This document shows, in pieces, positions 42,642 to 53,990 of a DNA stretch of 64,000 nt. Below the pieces are notes generated by a model. The model had not been told where the DNA came from. It ran no database searches and saw nothing but the letters and a program-made list of their open reading frames with translations. The translations under genes were made by a program, and so were the position numbers. Position 1 is the stretch's first letter. Each line of letters begins with the position of its first letter. Source of the DNA: an uncultured Phycisphaerales bacterium (GTDB lineage: Bacteria; Planctomycetota; Phycisphaerae; Tepidisphaerales; Tepidisphaeraceae); assembly GCA_963758525.1 (NCBI GenBank), contig CAVWVQ010000003.1:1184001-1248000 (forward strand), written 5' to 3'.

Positions 42642-43973
42642 TCACAGTATAAACTTGCTCAAATCCTCGTCTTTTACGATCTCTTCTAACCGCTCGCGCA
42701 CGTAGTCAGCGGTAATCGTGACTTTCTTCGGGCCGCTATCGGGGGCGTCGAAGCTGATCGTTTCGAAAACCTTCTCCAAAATCGTGTAGAGACGGCGGGC
42801 GCCGATATTCTGGCTGCGCCGGTTCACGTCGTAGGCGATTTTCGCCATCGCATCGATCGCGTCATCGGCAAAATCCACGCGAACCCCGTCCGTTGCCAGC
42901 AAGGCGATCTGCTGCTTCGTCAGAGAGTTCTGCGGCTCGCGCAAAATCCGCACGAAATCCTCCTTGCTCAAATCAGCCAGCTCAACACGAATGGGAAACC
43001 GCCCCTGCAATTCCGGCATCAGATCGCTCGGCTTGCTGCCGTGAAACGCCCCGGCGGCAATGAACAAAATGTGATCCGTCTTCACCGGGCCATGCTTGGT
43101 AGCCACCGTCGTTCCCTCAACGATCGGCAGCAGGTCGCGCTGCACGCCCTGGCGGCTCACGTCGGGGCCGTGCTGGCTCTGCGGGCCGGCGACTTTGTCG
43201 ATCTCGTCGAGAAAGACGATGCCCGCCTGCTCGACGCGCTCGATCGCCGTACGTTGAATCTTGTCCTTGTCGATCAGCTTCTCCGCCTCCTGGCCAAACA
43301 GCAGCTTGCGGGCGTCATGCACGCTGAGCTTGCGCGTCTCGCGCTTCGTCGGCAGCATCTTCTCGAACATGTTCTGAAAATCGACATCCATCTCCATCCC
43401 CGCCTGACCGAGAACGCCGACGACGCTGGCGCGCTCTTCGACGCTGATCTCGATCATGCGCTCCTCGATCGCCCCCGACCGAAGCTGCTCGCGCAGCTTC
43501 TCCAGCGTGCGCGCGTGCCGGGCCTCGGCATCCGGATCCTCCGACGACGATCCGGGGGTTTGCGGCAGAAGATATTCCAGCAGCCGATCCTCAACGTGCG
43601 CCTCGGCCGGCTCCTTCACGGCGTCGGTCATTTCGCTCTTGACCATCGCGATGGCTGAGTCGAGCAGGTCGCGGATCATCGATTCGACATCGCGGCCGTG
43701 ATATCCCACTTCCGTGTACTTGGTCGCTTCCACCTTGATGAACGGCGCCCCCGTCAGACTGGCGAGCCGCCGGGCGATTTCGGTTTTCCCGACGCCGGTC
43801 GGCCCGATCATGATGATATTGCGCGGCGCGACGTCCTGCCGCATTTCCTCGGGAAGCTGCTGCCGCCGCCACCGCCCGCGGATCGCCACGGCCACGGCGC
43901 GCTTCGCATCACGCTGGCCGACAATGTAGCGATCGAGTTCGGCGACGATTTGTTTGGGAGTGAGGGGAGTCAT
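42642..43973 (-). CDS. hslU: ATP-dependent protease ATPase subunit HslU
   Basis: LTPKQIVAELD, GPTGVGKTE, DEIDK, GVQRDLLP, NIGARRL. Confidence 0.96.
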   Translation of the reverse strand: MTPLTPKQIVAELDRYIVGQRDAKRAVAVAIRGRWRRQQLPEEMRQDVAPRNIIMIGPTGVGKTEIARRLASLTGAPFIKVEATKYTEVGYHGRDVESMIRDLLDSAIAMVKSEMTDAVKEPAEAHVEDRLLEYLLPQTPGSSSEDPDAEARHARTLEKLREQLRSGAIEERMIEISVEERASVVGVLGQAGMEMDVDFQNMFEKMLPTKRETRKLSVHDARKLLFGQEAEKLIDKDKIQRTAIERVEQAGIVFLDEIDKVAGPQSQHGPDVSRQGVQRDLLPIVEGTTVATKHGPVKTDHILFIAAGAFHGSKPSDLMPELQGRFPIRVELADLSKEDFVRILREPQNSLTKQQIALLATDGVRVDFADDAIDAMAKIAYDVNRRSQNIGARRLYTILEKVFETISFDAPDSGPKKVTITADYVRERLEEIVKDEDLSKFIL

Positions 43974-43980
43974 ACTGGAA

Positions 43981-44195
43981 AATCCGAATGACGAAACCAG
44001 AAACCAGAACCAAGCCCGAATGACGAATGACCGAATGGAACGACGCCGGAATGCCTCGATGACACGGTTGATCGAATGCAAACACTGCGGCGCGTCCGCG
44101 GATGTTCGTGCGAGGAGCGGGCAGATCGGGATTTCTTCATTCGGTCATTCTTCATTCGGAATTGATTCTGGTTTCGGGTTTCGTCATTCGGGTTT
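43981..44195. repeat. Family C element between hslV and hslU
   Basis: CCGAATGACGAAACC...GGTTTCGTCATTCGG inverted arms. Confidence 0.8.
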
Positions 44196-44210
44196 TGAAA
44201 GACTCGGATT

Positions 44211-44747
44211 TCACTCAAGTGTCTCCACGCGAATATTCCCATTCGTATAAATGCACACTTCCCCGGCGATCTTCAGCGACGCCTCGACAATTTCCTTCGC
44301 GCTGAGCGTCGAATGTGCGAGCAGCGCCTTCGCTGCCGAGAGGGCGTAAACGCCGCCGGAACCGATGCCGATGATTCCGTCGGTCGGCTCGATCACGTCT
44401 CCCGCGCCGCTGACGATCAGGCTGGTGGTCTTGTCGGCGACCGCGAGCATCGCTTCAAGGCGGCGCAGCACGCGGTCGGTGCGCCATTCTTTCGCGAGCT
44501 CAATAACGGCGCGGCGCGTGTTGTCGGGAAACTCCGCCAGCTTTTTCTCGAATCGTTCCAGCAGCGCAAATGCATCCGCCGCCGATCCGGCAAAACCCGT
44601 CAGCACGCGGCCTCCTGCCAGGCGGCGCACCTTGATGGCGTCGTGTTTCGCGACGACGTTTCCGAGCGTCACCTGCCCGTCGCCGCCCAGCGCGACTTGC
44701 CCGTCGCGCCGCACGGAAAGAATAGTTGTCGATTTCGCAGCCTGCAT
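44211..44747 (-). CDS. hslV: ATP-dependent protease subunit HslV
   Basis: [32 protein letters not shown]. Confidence 0.96.
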   Translation of the reverse strand: MQAAKSTTILSVRRDGQVALGGDGQVTLGNVVAKHDAIKVRRLAGGRVLTGFAGSAADAFALLERFEKKLAEFPDNTRRAVIELAKEWRTDRVLRRLEAMLAVADKTTSLIVSGAGDVIEPTDGIIGIGSGGVYALSAAKALLAHSTLSAKEIVEASLKIAGEVCIYTNGNIRVETLE

Positions 44748-44807
44748 CTTGAACGATAGGATAGGCAAACCGTGAACGCTTGTCAGTCATCCGCGATGCT
44801 TCCCCCC

Positions 44808-44915
44808 TGGCATGGGCTTCCCGCCCATGTTGGCGACGCGGAGCTTCAGAGAACTTTTGATACCAGAGACTCTTCTTTTCCCGCGTCGCTCACACGGGCG
44901 GGACGCCCGTGCCAC
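44808..44915. repeat. Family E REP doublet
   Basis: TGGCATGGGCTTCCCGCCCATG...CACGGGCGGGACGCCCGTGCCAC. Confidence 0.8.
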
Positions 44916-44962
44916 GGGGGAATCCGATCTGATTTCACGTCATCCGGTGGTCATCCAGGTTC

Positions 44963-47252
44963 ATGACGGCGATGTCCCTTCAATCTCCATGGATCGCCGT
45001 GGCGGGAGTATCGCTTTGCATTGCCGCGTTCTGGCTGGCACGGGTGCGGCGCATCAATCTTCCAAAGGTCACCGTTCGGCTCCTTTTTTTTGCAGCAGTA
45101 TGTCTCGCCCTGGCGGCGGGAGAGCCGCGCTGGAATCGGCCCCGCACCGGTGTCGTAGACGTGCTCGTCGATCTATCTCCCAGCACTCGGACGGCCGACT
45201 ATCGACAGCGCGATCGGCTGAACGCGCGCATCGCCGAACTGCTCGGCACGGTGAAATATCGTCTGAAATTCTTTGCCGACGGAATCGCGGAGCCAGATCT
45301 GGCGAATGCGACGCTTGCGGATGTGCCGTCGGAACAAACGGCGTTGCCGACGTCAGACGCGGATGCGGTGCTGCTCTTCAGCGATGCGCAATTCCCGCTC
45401 CCCCAGGCGGGGCCGCCGACATATGTCGCGATCGATCCGGCACTGGAACGGCCAGATGACGCCGCCGTGTCGCGACTGGAAATCCGCGGGAACGAGGTGG
45501 TCGCATCGCTGCAGAACAGGGGCGCGCCGCGCTCGCTGGCAATCATCGGCGCCAACGATGCGCGGCCGACGGTCGCGCCGACAGGTTCGTATGCAGTGGA
45601 ACAGACGCTTCGCACGGATGCCACGGTCGTGACCGCTCAACTCTCCGCCGCGGACGCGTGGCCGGAGAACGACGCGTTGGGGGCGATTCCGCTGCCGTCG
45701 GCGACGGCAGAGCGGTGGTGGGTCGGACCGAGCATCGCGGGCGGCAATTGGAAGTCATTTGGGGCGGACGCGCTGCCGACGGACGCCGGGGCATATTTAG
45801 CGCCCGCGGTGATCGTGCTGGAGAATATTTCCGCGTCGCAACTCGACGATGTTCGCCAGCAGCGTCTTCGGCAATACGCCGCCGAGCTTGGCGGGGGAAT
45901 CGTGATTGTCGGCGGCAACCACGCCTTTGGCGCGGGAGGATACATCGGCTCCGTGCTGGAAACCCTGTCGCCGCTGGCGAGCGCTCCGCCGCGACCGACG
46001 ATGCGCTGGTCATTGCTCGTCGATGGCAGCGGTTCGATGTCTGCGCAGAGCGGGCGCTTCGCGATGGACATCGGCTGTCGCCGCGATGGTCGACCTGCTG
46101 CCGCATCTTCCGCCTGATGATCTGGCGGACGTGGGAAGCTTCGCGCAATCGCTCAACTGGTGGTCCAGCGGCAAGACCGTCCGCCAGACCCGCCAGCAAC
46201 CGCTCCCGCCGCCGGATATTTACCCGCATGGCCCGACGAATCTCGAACCGGCTCTGCTTGCGATCGCGGCCGGGTCGGATGGAGCCATGCCGCGGCAGTT
46301 GCTGCTGATCAGCGACGGCGACGTGCGGATCGATCAGCCCGCCGAGCTGATCGAAAGATTGCGGCGCGCGCAAACCCATCTGTGTGTTCTGGCGATCGGC
46401 GACGGCAGCGGCCTGGCGATACTGCGCGAAATCGCCGCCGGCACGGGCGGCGACGTCGTCCAGCGGCTCGACTCCCGGCAATGGGCCAACGGCGCCGAAG
46501 CGTTGCTCAGCAGCGCGTTGCCCTCAAACCTGGAGTATTCCTCCGCCACGATTCAGTTCGAAAACGAGCTGGCCGATCTCGCGCCGTGCGCGATCTCCGC
46601 GTGGAACCGCGTCTGGCTGAAAAACGGCGCGCGCGAGCTGGCCGGCGCCAATGCCGGCGGTTTGCGCGTTCCGCTGGCCGGATTATGGAATGTCGGCGAA
46701 GGACGCGCCGCCGCGGCCGCATTTGACGCCAGCCGCGAAGAAATCGAGTCGCTGGCGAAGCTCGTCGCCCGGCCGCCCCGCGATCCCCGATTCACGGCCG
46801 CATGGAAGATCGGGGCAACGCTCGGCGTCACGCTCGACGCGATCGACGGCAGGACGTATCTCAACGACCAGGCCGTCACCCTTCGGCTGCGCTCCACTTC
46901 TCCCACCGCAGAGATGAGCGAGCACGCGGTTCCGCAGGTTGAGCCGGGCCGCTATGCGCTGGAGCTTCCTGCCCCGCGTTCGCCGGTCTTTGCGGAAGTT
47001 CGCGTGAACGGGCAGTTCGTCGATCGCATCGCTGTCGCCGCGCGATATGCGCCGGAGTTCGACGCGATCGGAAACGATCATGCCGCGATGCGGACGCTTG
47101 CCGATCGCACGGGAGGCGATGTGATTTCGCCCGGGATGAAGCGTCCGATCGACTTCAACTGGCCGCGACGCGAGGTTCGACTGTCGTCATGGCTCGCGGC
47201 GCTGGGAGCGCTGCTCGCAGCTCTGGGATTAGTCCGCTGGCGCCTGCGTTGA
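44963..47252 (+). CDS. Membrane-anchored VWA-domain protein (frameshift near 46050)
   Basis: N-terminal TMs; DLSPS and DGSGSM MIDAS-like motifs; LLISDG; C-terminal TM. Confidence 0.75.
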
Positions 47253-47256
47253 TCTC

Positions 47257-47366
47257 GTGGCACGGGCGTCCCCGCCCGTGTTATCTGCGCACTAATAACT
47301 GAATATTTGCTATCAAGGGTTCGCCTCTTCACCGCGCGGCTAACACGGGCAGGATGCCCGTGCCAC
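47257..47366. repeat. Family E REP doublet between convergent genes
   Basis: GTGGCACGGGCGTCCCCGCCCGTG...CACGGGCAGGATGCCCGTGCCAC. Confidence 0.8.
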
Positions 47367-47368
47367 AG

Positions 47369-48574
47369 CTACGCTTGCGATCGCAGCGTGAGATGAATGA
47401 TCTCAGCGGGGGCGTTGATGCGGAGCGGGAACCAGCTTCCCACGCCGTTGGAAACCACCAGCGAGGACGCGGACTTTTGGTACAGCCCGGACCAATAGCG
47501 GAAGAAGGCGGGTCCGCCGCCGATGCGGTCGCTGAGCATGAGTTGCCCGCCGTGGGTATGGCCGGAGAGGGTAAGCGGGATGTTCGCGTCAGCGGCGGAG
47601 TCAAACGCGTGGGGGTGATGGGCGAGCAAAATGGGGAACGCGTCCGGATTGATCTGCGGGCGCAGCCACGCGAAATTTTGTTGGATCAGAGCGTCGCCCC
47701 CCTCCTGCCACTTGAGGCCGAGAAACTGAACGGGCGATCCGCGAAATTCGATCAGGCAGGATTGATCCACCAGGAGCGGAACGCCGGCGGCACGCGTGCG
47801 GTTTTCGAAGCGATGGCGGCTCTCAAACAGGTCGTGATTTCCTTCGCAGACGACGATTCCCTCGCGCGGATCGAGCCGGTTGATCATGTCGAGCGTGGCC
47901 GGCAAGTCGGACAGCGACATGTCGATCAGGTCGCCGGTGACCACCGTAAAATCCGCCCGCAGCGAATTGACCTGGTCTGCCAATGCGTTGAGACTTCCGG
48001 GCTCGGTGAATTTGCCGACGTGCGTGTCGGTGATATGCGCGATGGTCATGCCGTCCATGTGCGACGGAAGCTGCGCGAGCACCAGCTCCATGCGTCGGAC
48101 GCGCGGCGGCGCCTTGAGCTGCTTCATCGCCCGGCTGACCAGCGCGCCGGTTGCCAGCGGCGGCAGCGCCATGGCAAGGCCGCCCAGAAGTTGCCGGCGC
48201 GTGGGGCGGATGGCAGGAGAGAATGCTGGCGGCGCGATCGCCGGTGGTGGAGCGGGGCGCCGCAGCAATCGCGCGGTGCCGAAGAAGAGTTCAAAGAGGA
48301 TCAGTACGGGAATGACGAACAGGTGCCAGAGAAACACTGTTGCATGAACAACCACGGGGACCGGCGTGTCGACGCGACGAACCAGGGCCGGGAAAATGCA
48401 CATGAACGCGAGGTAGGCAGCCATCGCGCCGACCCAGGCGCCGAGCATGCCGCGCCACAGCCCCGCCCGGGGCAAGTGGCGCAGCCGGCGGTCGGCGCGG
48501 CGCCACCAGATGACGTCGCCGCAGATCATCAGCAGGCAGATCAGGCAGTAGGATATGATTCTCGATTGCGTCAT
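47369..48574 (-). CDS. Membrane metallophosphoesterase (YkuE/YaeI-like)
   Basis: TDTH, TGDLID, GNHD, LAHHP, SGHTHGGQ. Confidence 0.88.
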   Translation of the reverse strand: MTQSRIISYCLICLLMICGDVIWWRRADRRLRHLPRAGLWRGMLGAWVGAMAAYLAFMCIFPALVRRVDTPVPVVVHATVFLWHLFVIPVLILFELFFGTARLLRRPAPPPAIAPPAFSPAIRPTRRQLLGGLAMALPPLATGALVSRAMKQLKAPPRVRRMELVLAQLPSHMDGMTIAHITDTHVGKFTEPGSLNALADQVNSLRADFTVVTGDLIDMSLSDLPATLDMINRLDPREGIVVCEGNHDLFESRHRFENRTRAAGVPLLVDQSCLIEFRGSPVQFLGLKWQEGGDALIQQNFAWLRPQINPDAFPILLAHHPHAFDSAADANIPLTLSGHTHGGQLMLSDRIGGGPAFFRYWSGLYQKSASSLVVSNGVGSWFPLRINAPAEIIHLTLRSQA

Positions 48575-48676
48575 CAGCAGTCTTGCTCATACGAGCGCCG
48601 CACCTTAGGGGATCGGACCATAGCGGTGCGACCTTGAAGAGTTATACTCCCCGCATCCACAAGGAAATGGAAGGCA

Positions 48677-49119
48677 ATGAAGCTGGCTTCATGGAGTCTT
48701 GGTCTGTTGTTAATCTGCACCGGTTGTGAGGTGCAGCGCAGCCTCACTGTGCAGAGCAACCCGCCTGTGCGCTGGTATTTCTCAATGATCAGGAATTGGG
48801 GCGCACGCCTGTCACGCGAAATTTCAAATGGTACGGCACCTACGACGTTGAGATCCGCGCCGAGGGGTACGAGTCGCTCCGTACGCAGGCGCAGGTCTGG
48901 GCGCCCTGGTGGCAATGGGTGCCGTTCGATCTGGTTGCCGCGTTCATCCCCGGCCTGGAAGATCACCACGAAGTGACGTTCAAGCTGCATCATGCCAGCC
49001 CGCAGTACCTAGAACCCGACCGGATGATCAGGCGCGCGGAGCAGTTGCGCGGCAAATTGGAATCGGGAGAGAAGACGCGGAAGCCGGCGACGCAGCCGGT
49101 GGCGCGGAAACCAGAATGA
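48677..49119 (+). CDS. PEGA-domain lipoprotein (frameshift near 48765)
   Basis: Lipobox-like CTG-C; LTVQSNPP; GRTPVTRNFKWYGTYDV; PWWQWVPFD. Confidence 0.75.
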
Positions 49120-49325
49120 CGAAACCCGAAACCAGGATCAAAGAATCAAACCAGAATGACGAATGAATGAATGACGAATTGCACGCCCTTTGTCGCTCGC
49201 GCCCCCGGGTTCGCTGACGCTTAAAGACTCATCGGTAGACGACGGTGCTGGCTTTCCGTTTCTTCATTCGGGTCATTCGTCATTCTGGTTTGATTCTTTG
49301 ATTCTGGTTTCGTCATTCTGATTTC
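49110..49325. repeat. Family C element
   Basis: CAGAATGACGAAACC...GGTTTCGTCATTCTG. Confidence 0.8.
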
Positions 49326-49377
49326 GGCGCAACGGCGCACGGTTTTCCCCCAGGGCCTCGATTTTTCCACCCCCGCT

Positions 49378-50025
49378 TCAGACGGCCAGCGCCACGCCCA
49401 GGGCGGATTTATTGTTGCTCATGACGACCGTTTCCCAGAGGTCGATGCTTTCCAGCTTGAAGCGGTAGTCGACTTCGACGCCGGTCCGGCGAACCAGGTC
49501 CTGCAGGGCCAGGTCGCTGCGCCAGCCGAGCTTGGTGCAGAGGGGGCAGAGCCATTTCTCGACCAGTGCGATGAGCCGGTTGGTGGACTGGAAATGATTG
49601 ACGATCACGATCCGCGAGCCCGGCTTGGCGACGCGCTGGGCCTCGCGAACCAGGCGATACGGATCGCTGACGACGCTGATCACATGGCTGATAAAGATGT
49701 GATCGAAGCTGTTGTCGGCAAATGGAAGTTTCAAGGCGTCGGCCTGGAAGACGGTGGTGTTGGAGAGCCCCAGTTCCTCGATCTTCTTGCGGGCCTTGCC
49801 GAGCATCCCGCTGGAGAGATCGACGCCAATGATCCGGCCGCGATTGGGCTTGTAGAAGCTCAGCGAGCAGCCGGTTCCGACGCCCAGATCCAGAACGCGG
49901 TCGTCGGGGCCAATGTCCATGTGCGAGATCGCATTGGCAATGCGCTTGCGAACAAGCCGGCCGAACGTGGCGTCGTAAAAGAGAGAATGAACGTCGTAGA
50001 TTTTCTTCGTGCTCGATTCCTGCAT
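49378..50025 (-). CDS. SAM methyltransferase, phospholipid N-methyltransferase (PmtA)-like
   Basis: YDATFG, VLDLGVGTG, GVDLSSGML, VISVVSDP, IVNHF. Confidence 0.75.
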   Translation of the reverse strand: MQESSTKKIYDVHSLFYDATFGRLVRKRIANAISHMDIGPDDRVLDLGVGTGCSLSFYKPNRGRIIGVDLSSGMLGKARKKIEELGLSNTTVFQADALKLPFADNSFDHIFISHVISVVSDPYRLVREAQRVAKPGSRIVIVNHFQSTNRLIALVEKWLCPLCTKLGWRSDLALQDLVRRTGVEVDYRFKLESIDLWETVVMSNNKSALGVALAV

Positions 50026-50153
50026 GGCGGTTCCGGCTTCCTGTCCCCTGAGGACGTTCCGGGAAATGTAGTGCATTGCTGAATTATTGCCAAGCAGGTT
50101 TATCGAAACACAGGGTTTAGGCGGTGGCGCTCGAAAGTGGCGATCGGCTCCGA

Positions 50154-50221
50154 GTAGGGCGGGATTCATCCCGCCGATTTGTTGGCCGGCTGAGAAAACG
50201 GCGGGATGAATCCCGCCCTAC
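50154..50221. repeat. GTAG REP doublet (family F, GTAGGGCGGGATTCATCCCGCC)
   Basis: Perfect 22-bp inverted pair. Confidence 0.85.
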
Positions 50222-50304
50222 GATCGCAAAATCTGCAATCGCCACAAATAAAAGTTACACCCAGGGTTTATCGAAACCGCCGGATCATGCGGTCTTAATA
50301 TTTC

Positions 50305-51809
50305 TCAAACCCAATTCAGCGATCGCTCGATCGCTTTGTGCCATTCTGTCAGCAGGCGGGCGCGGGTTTCGCCGGACATCTGCGGTTGCCACGACTTATC
50401 TTCGCGCCACGCCTGGCGGAGGTGGTCCAGGCCGTTCCAGAATCCGACGGCCAGGCCTGCGGCGTACGCCGCGCCAAGCGCCGTGGTTTCGGTCACGGCG
50501 GAACGAATGACGGGGATATCGAGCACGTCGGCCTGAAACTGCATCAGCAGATCATTGACCGCCATTCCGCCATCTACGCGGAGCGCTTTGGGAACGACCC
50601 CCGAATCATCCCGCATGGCGTCGAGCACGTCGCGCGTCTGAAACGCGGTTGCTTCGAGCACCGCCCGCGCGAGATGAGCCTTGGTGGCGTAGGCGGTGAG
50701 GCCGGCCACGATCCCGCGCGCGTCGGAACGCCAATAAGGAGCGTAGAGCCCGGAAAAAGCGGGTACGAAATACACGCCGCCATTGTCGGGGACGGAACGG
50801 GCGAGGGTTTCGATGTCGCTCGATTTGGAGATCAGGTTCAGATTGTCCCGGAGCCATTGGACCAGCGCGCCGGCGATGGCAACTGAACCTTCCAGCGCGT
50901 AGACGGCGGGCTGACCGGCGATTTGATATCCGACGGTCGTGAGCAATCCGCTGCGCGAGACGATGGGCGCTTCGCCGGTATTGAGCAGCATGAAGCAACC
51001 GGTGCCGTAGGTGTTTTTGGATTCGCCGGGGGAGAAGCAGGTTTGCCCGACGAGGGCGGCTTGCTGATCGCCAAGGCAGCCGCAAACGGGAATTGAATCG
51101 AGGAACGGACCGTCCGACCGCGTCCGGCCCCACGACGCTGGATCGACGGAACAGACAATCCGCGGCAGCGTCTGGCGCGGGATCCCCATCACATCGAGCA
51201 TCTCATCGTCCCAGGCGAGCGTCCTCAAATCCATGAGCATGGTTCGGCTGGCGTTGGTCACGTCGGTGACATGCGCGCCGCCGTCCGGGCCGCCCGTGAG
51301 ATTCCAGATGAGCCAGGAGTCAATGGTGCCAAAGAGGGCATCGCCGGACTCGGCGGCGGCGCGAGCACGGGAAGATGGTCGAGGAGCCAGCGCAACTTCG
51401 GGCCGGAAAAGTAAGTCGCCAGCGGCAGTCCGACTTTTGCTCGGAAACGGTCCTGCCCGCCCTGGGCGGCCAGCGCGTCGCACATTTCCTTGGTGCGGGT
51501 GTCCTGCCAGACGATCGCATTGCCCAGCGGACGGCCCGTATGGCGGTTCCACAGCACGGTCGTCTCGCGCTGATTGGTGATTCCCAGCGCCGCCACGTCG
51601 CCAGGGCGGGCTTGGGCACGCTTCAGCGCGCCGGCAATCACTTCCTGCGTGCGCCGCCAGATTTCCATCGGATCATGCTCGACCCAGCCCGGCTGCGGGA
51701 AATGCTGCTGATGTTCCTGTTGCGCCTGAGCCACCGGCCCGTTCTCGTCGAACAGAATGCAGCGCGAGCTGGTCGTTCCCTGATCGATAGCGGCGATGAA
51801 GCGTCCCAT
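50305..51809 (-). CDS. glpK: Glycerol kinase (frameshift near 51365)
   Basis: [44 protein letters not shown]. Confidence 0.95.
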
Positions 51810-51958
51810 GGAACTGATTGTACCTCGTGGCATGGGCGTCCCGCGCGTCCCGCCCATGCCACGAGAGAGCATCTCGTACCGGGGAATTCGCGTTCGTGAT
51901 AGACTGCTTCGGAGGTCCGAATCGTGACGAACGTGGCCGCAAATGACGCAGGTTTCGA

Positions 51959-52711
51959 TTGAGCAGCAACAACGAGGCTTCCCCAGATCACGCCGATAAA
52001 CCGGCGGTTTTCCACGTCACGCACTGGAAAGCCGGTTCGCAATGGGTGCGCGCCGTGCTCAAGGCGGCCGATCCGAGCCGCATCGTGCCGGGGAAGGATT
52101 CCCCCTCCTGGTTCTTCAAGGATCCGATCGTGCCCGGCGGAATCTACACGCCGGTCTACGCGACCTATCAGCAGTTCCGCCAGATCATTCCACACGACTA
52201 CCATCAGCGCACATTCGCCCTGATTCGCGATCCGCGCGACGCGGCAGTCTCGTGGTATTTCAGCCTGCGATATTCCCATCCGGCCGAATACGAGACGGTC
52301 AGCCAGACGCGCCAAACGCTGGAAAAGGTGGACAAGAGGGAAGGAATGACACTCGTCTTCAAGGAATATGTTCGCGACCTGGTCGAGATTCAGCGAAGCT
52401 GGCTCGAGTCGGGCGTGAAAGTGTTCCGCTATGAAGATCTGCTGGCCGATCAGAATGGCGTCTTCAGGCAGATGTTGGCCCATTGCGAAATTGACGTGCC
52501 CGAGAAACAGCTCCGCAAAATTGTTCGGCGATTCAGTTTCCGCCGTCGCACGTGGTGGCGCTTCGGACGGGAAGACGTGAAGTCCCACTTCCGCAAAGGG
52601 GTCGCCGGCGATTGGAAAAACCATTTCGATTCGGAGCTGAAGCAGCGTTTCAAAACTTTGTACGCTGACTCCCTGATCCGTGCCGGGTATGAACAGAATC
52701 TTGAATGGTAG
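51959..52711 (+). CDS. Sulfotransferase domain protein
   Basis: [35 protein letters not shown]. Confidence 0.85.
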   Translation: MSSNNEASPDHADKPAVFHVTHWKAGSQWVRAVLKAADPSRIVPGKDSPSWFFKDPIVPGGIYTPVYATYQQFRQIIPHDYHQRTFALIRDPRDAAVSWYFSLRYSHPAEYETVSQTRQTLEKVDKREGMTLVFKEYVRDLVEIQRSWLESGVKVFRYEDLLADQNGVFRQMLAHCEIDVPEKQLRKIVRRFSFRRRTWWRFGREDVKSHFRKGVAGDWKNHFDSELKQRFKTLYADSLIRAGYEQNLEW

Positions 52712-52781
52712 AAGTTCTCCTCCCAAGCGAGCCCGGCTGTTTCGGGCGCGGCTTGGAGGGAAGTTGCCGCAGGTTCGATTC

Positions 52782-53990
52782 ATGCCTCCCGCATCGAGCG
52801 AAAAAACCCAGCCCTCACGCAGAGAGCCGGACGCGAGGGAAAATCATCCGGATTCCCCAGATCGGCGCAGCGAGGATGGCCGTCGGAAAGATCCATCGCA
52901 GAAGTCGTCGGACGGAGAAAACGACAAAGACGAAGAGAAGGGCGAAGCGGAAGAAAATCCGCACGATAACAAGCCGCCGCCGTGGCATCGGCCGATCTTC
53001 TGGATCGTCACGGCGATCGTCCTGATAGTGGGATTGGCAATTGGAATACCCTGGTGGCTGCATGCCCGCTCGCACGAATCGACGGACGACGCGTTCATTG
53101 ACGGGCATACCACCAGCGTCAGTCCGCAGGTCGCCGGGCAGGTCATCAAGTTGCGGGTTGACGACAATCAGGATGTGAGCGAGGGGCAGCTTCTGGTGCA
53201 GATCGATCCGCGCGATTTCCAGGACACCCTGGCCGAGGCCCAGGCCGCGGAAATGGTGGCGGAGAATCAACTTGCACAATATCAGTCGATGGTGCTGGTG
53301 AATCGGGCCCAGGAAGCGTCGAGCCAGGCGGATGTCGTGTCCGCCCAGGCAAACGCTGATCAGGCTCATTCGGACGCGCAGCGATATCGCAGCGCCGAAG
53401 CCGGCGCGGTGTCGCAGCAACAACTTGATAATGCGACCAACAATGAAAGGAGCACCGCCGCGGCGCTGCAGGCGGCAAAGGCGAAGCTTGCCGCGGCATC
53501 GGCACAGGTGGCCAGTGCGCAAGTGCAGGTGAAGACCGCCGAGGCGCAGGTGCGCGAGCAGCAGACGCGCGTCGCGGATGCGAAGCTGCAGCTTTCCTAC
53601 ACCAATATCCACGCGCCGGCCGCGGGACGTGTCACGAATCGTCACGTGGAGGTCGGCTCCTACGTGCAGATCGGTGAGGCGCTGATGGCGCTGGTGCCGC
53701 GCGACGTCTGGGTCACCGCCAATTTCAAGGAGACGCAGTTGCGGTACATGCACCCGGGCCAGTCGGTCGAAATCAAGGTCGATGCGTATCCCGACAGAAC
53801 GTTCTGGGGCCACGTCGATTCGATCGCGGCCGGCAGCGGAGCGGCGTTCAGTCTGCTGCCGCCGGAGAACGCCACGGGCAACTACGTGAAGGTCGTTCAG
53901 CGCGTCCCGGTGAAAATCGTGTTCGATCAGACGCCGCAGGTGCTGATGGCGCCGGGGATGTCTGTGGTGCCGGAAGTGGCGCTCAAATGA
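52782..53990 (+). CDS. HlyD/EmrA membrane fusion protein
   Basis: STDDAFI, IHAPAAG, ANFKET, LLPPENATGNYVKVVQR. Confidence 0.92.
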   Translation: MPPASSEKTQPSRREPDARENHPDSPDRRSEDGRRKDPSQKSSDGENDKDEEKGEAEENPHDNKPPPWHRPIFWIVTAIVLIVGLAIGIPWWLHARSHESTDDAFIDGHTTSVSPQVAGQVIKLRVDDNQDVSEGQLLVQIDPRDFQDTLAEAQAAEMVAENQLAQYQSMVLVNRAQEASSQADVVSAQANADQAHSDAQRYRSAEAGAVSQQQLDNATNNERSTAAALQAAKAKLAAASAQVASAQVQVKTAEAQVREQQTRVADAKLQLSYTNIHAPAAGRVTNRHVEVGSYVQIGEALMALVPRDVWVTANFKETQLRYMHPGQSVEIKVDAYPDRTFWGHVDSIAAGSGAAFSLLPPENATGNYVKVVQRVPVKIVFDQTPQVLMAPGMSVVPEVALK

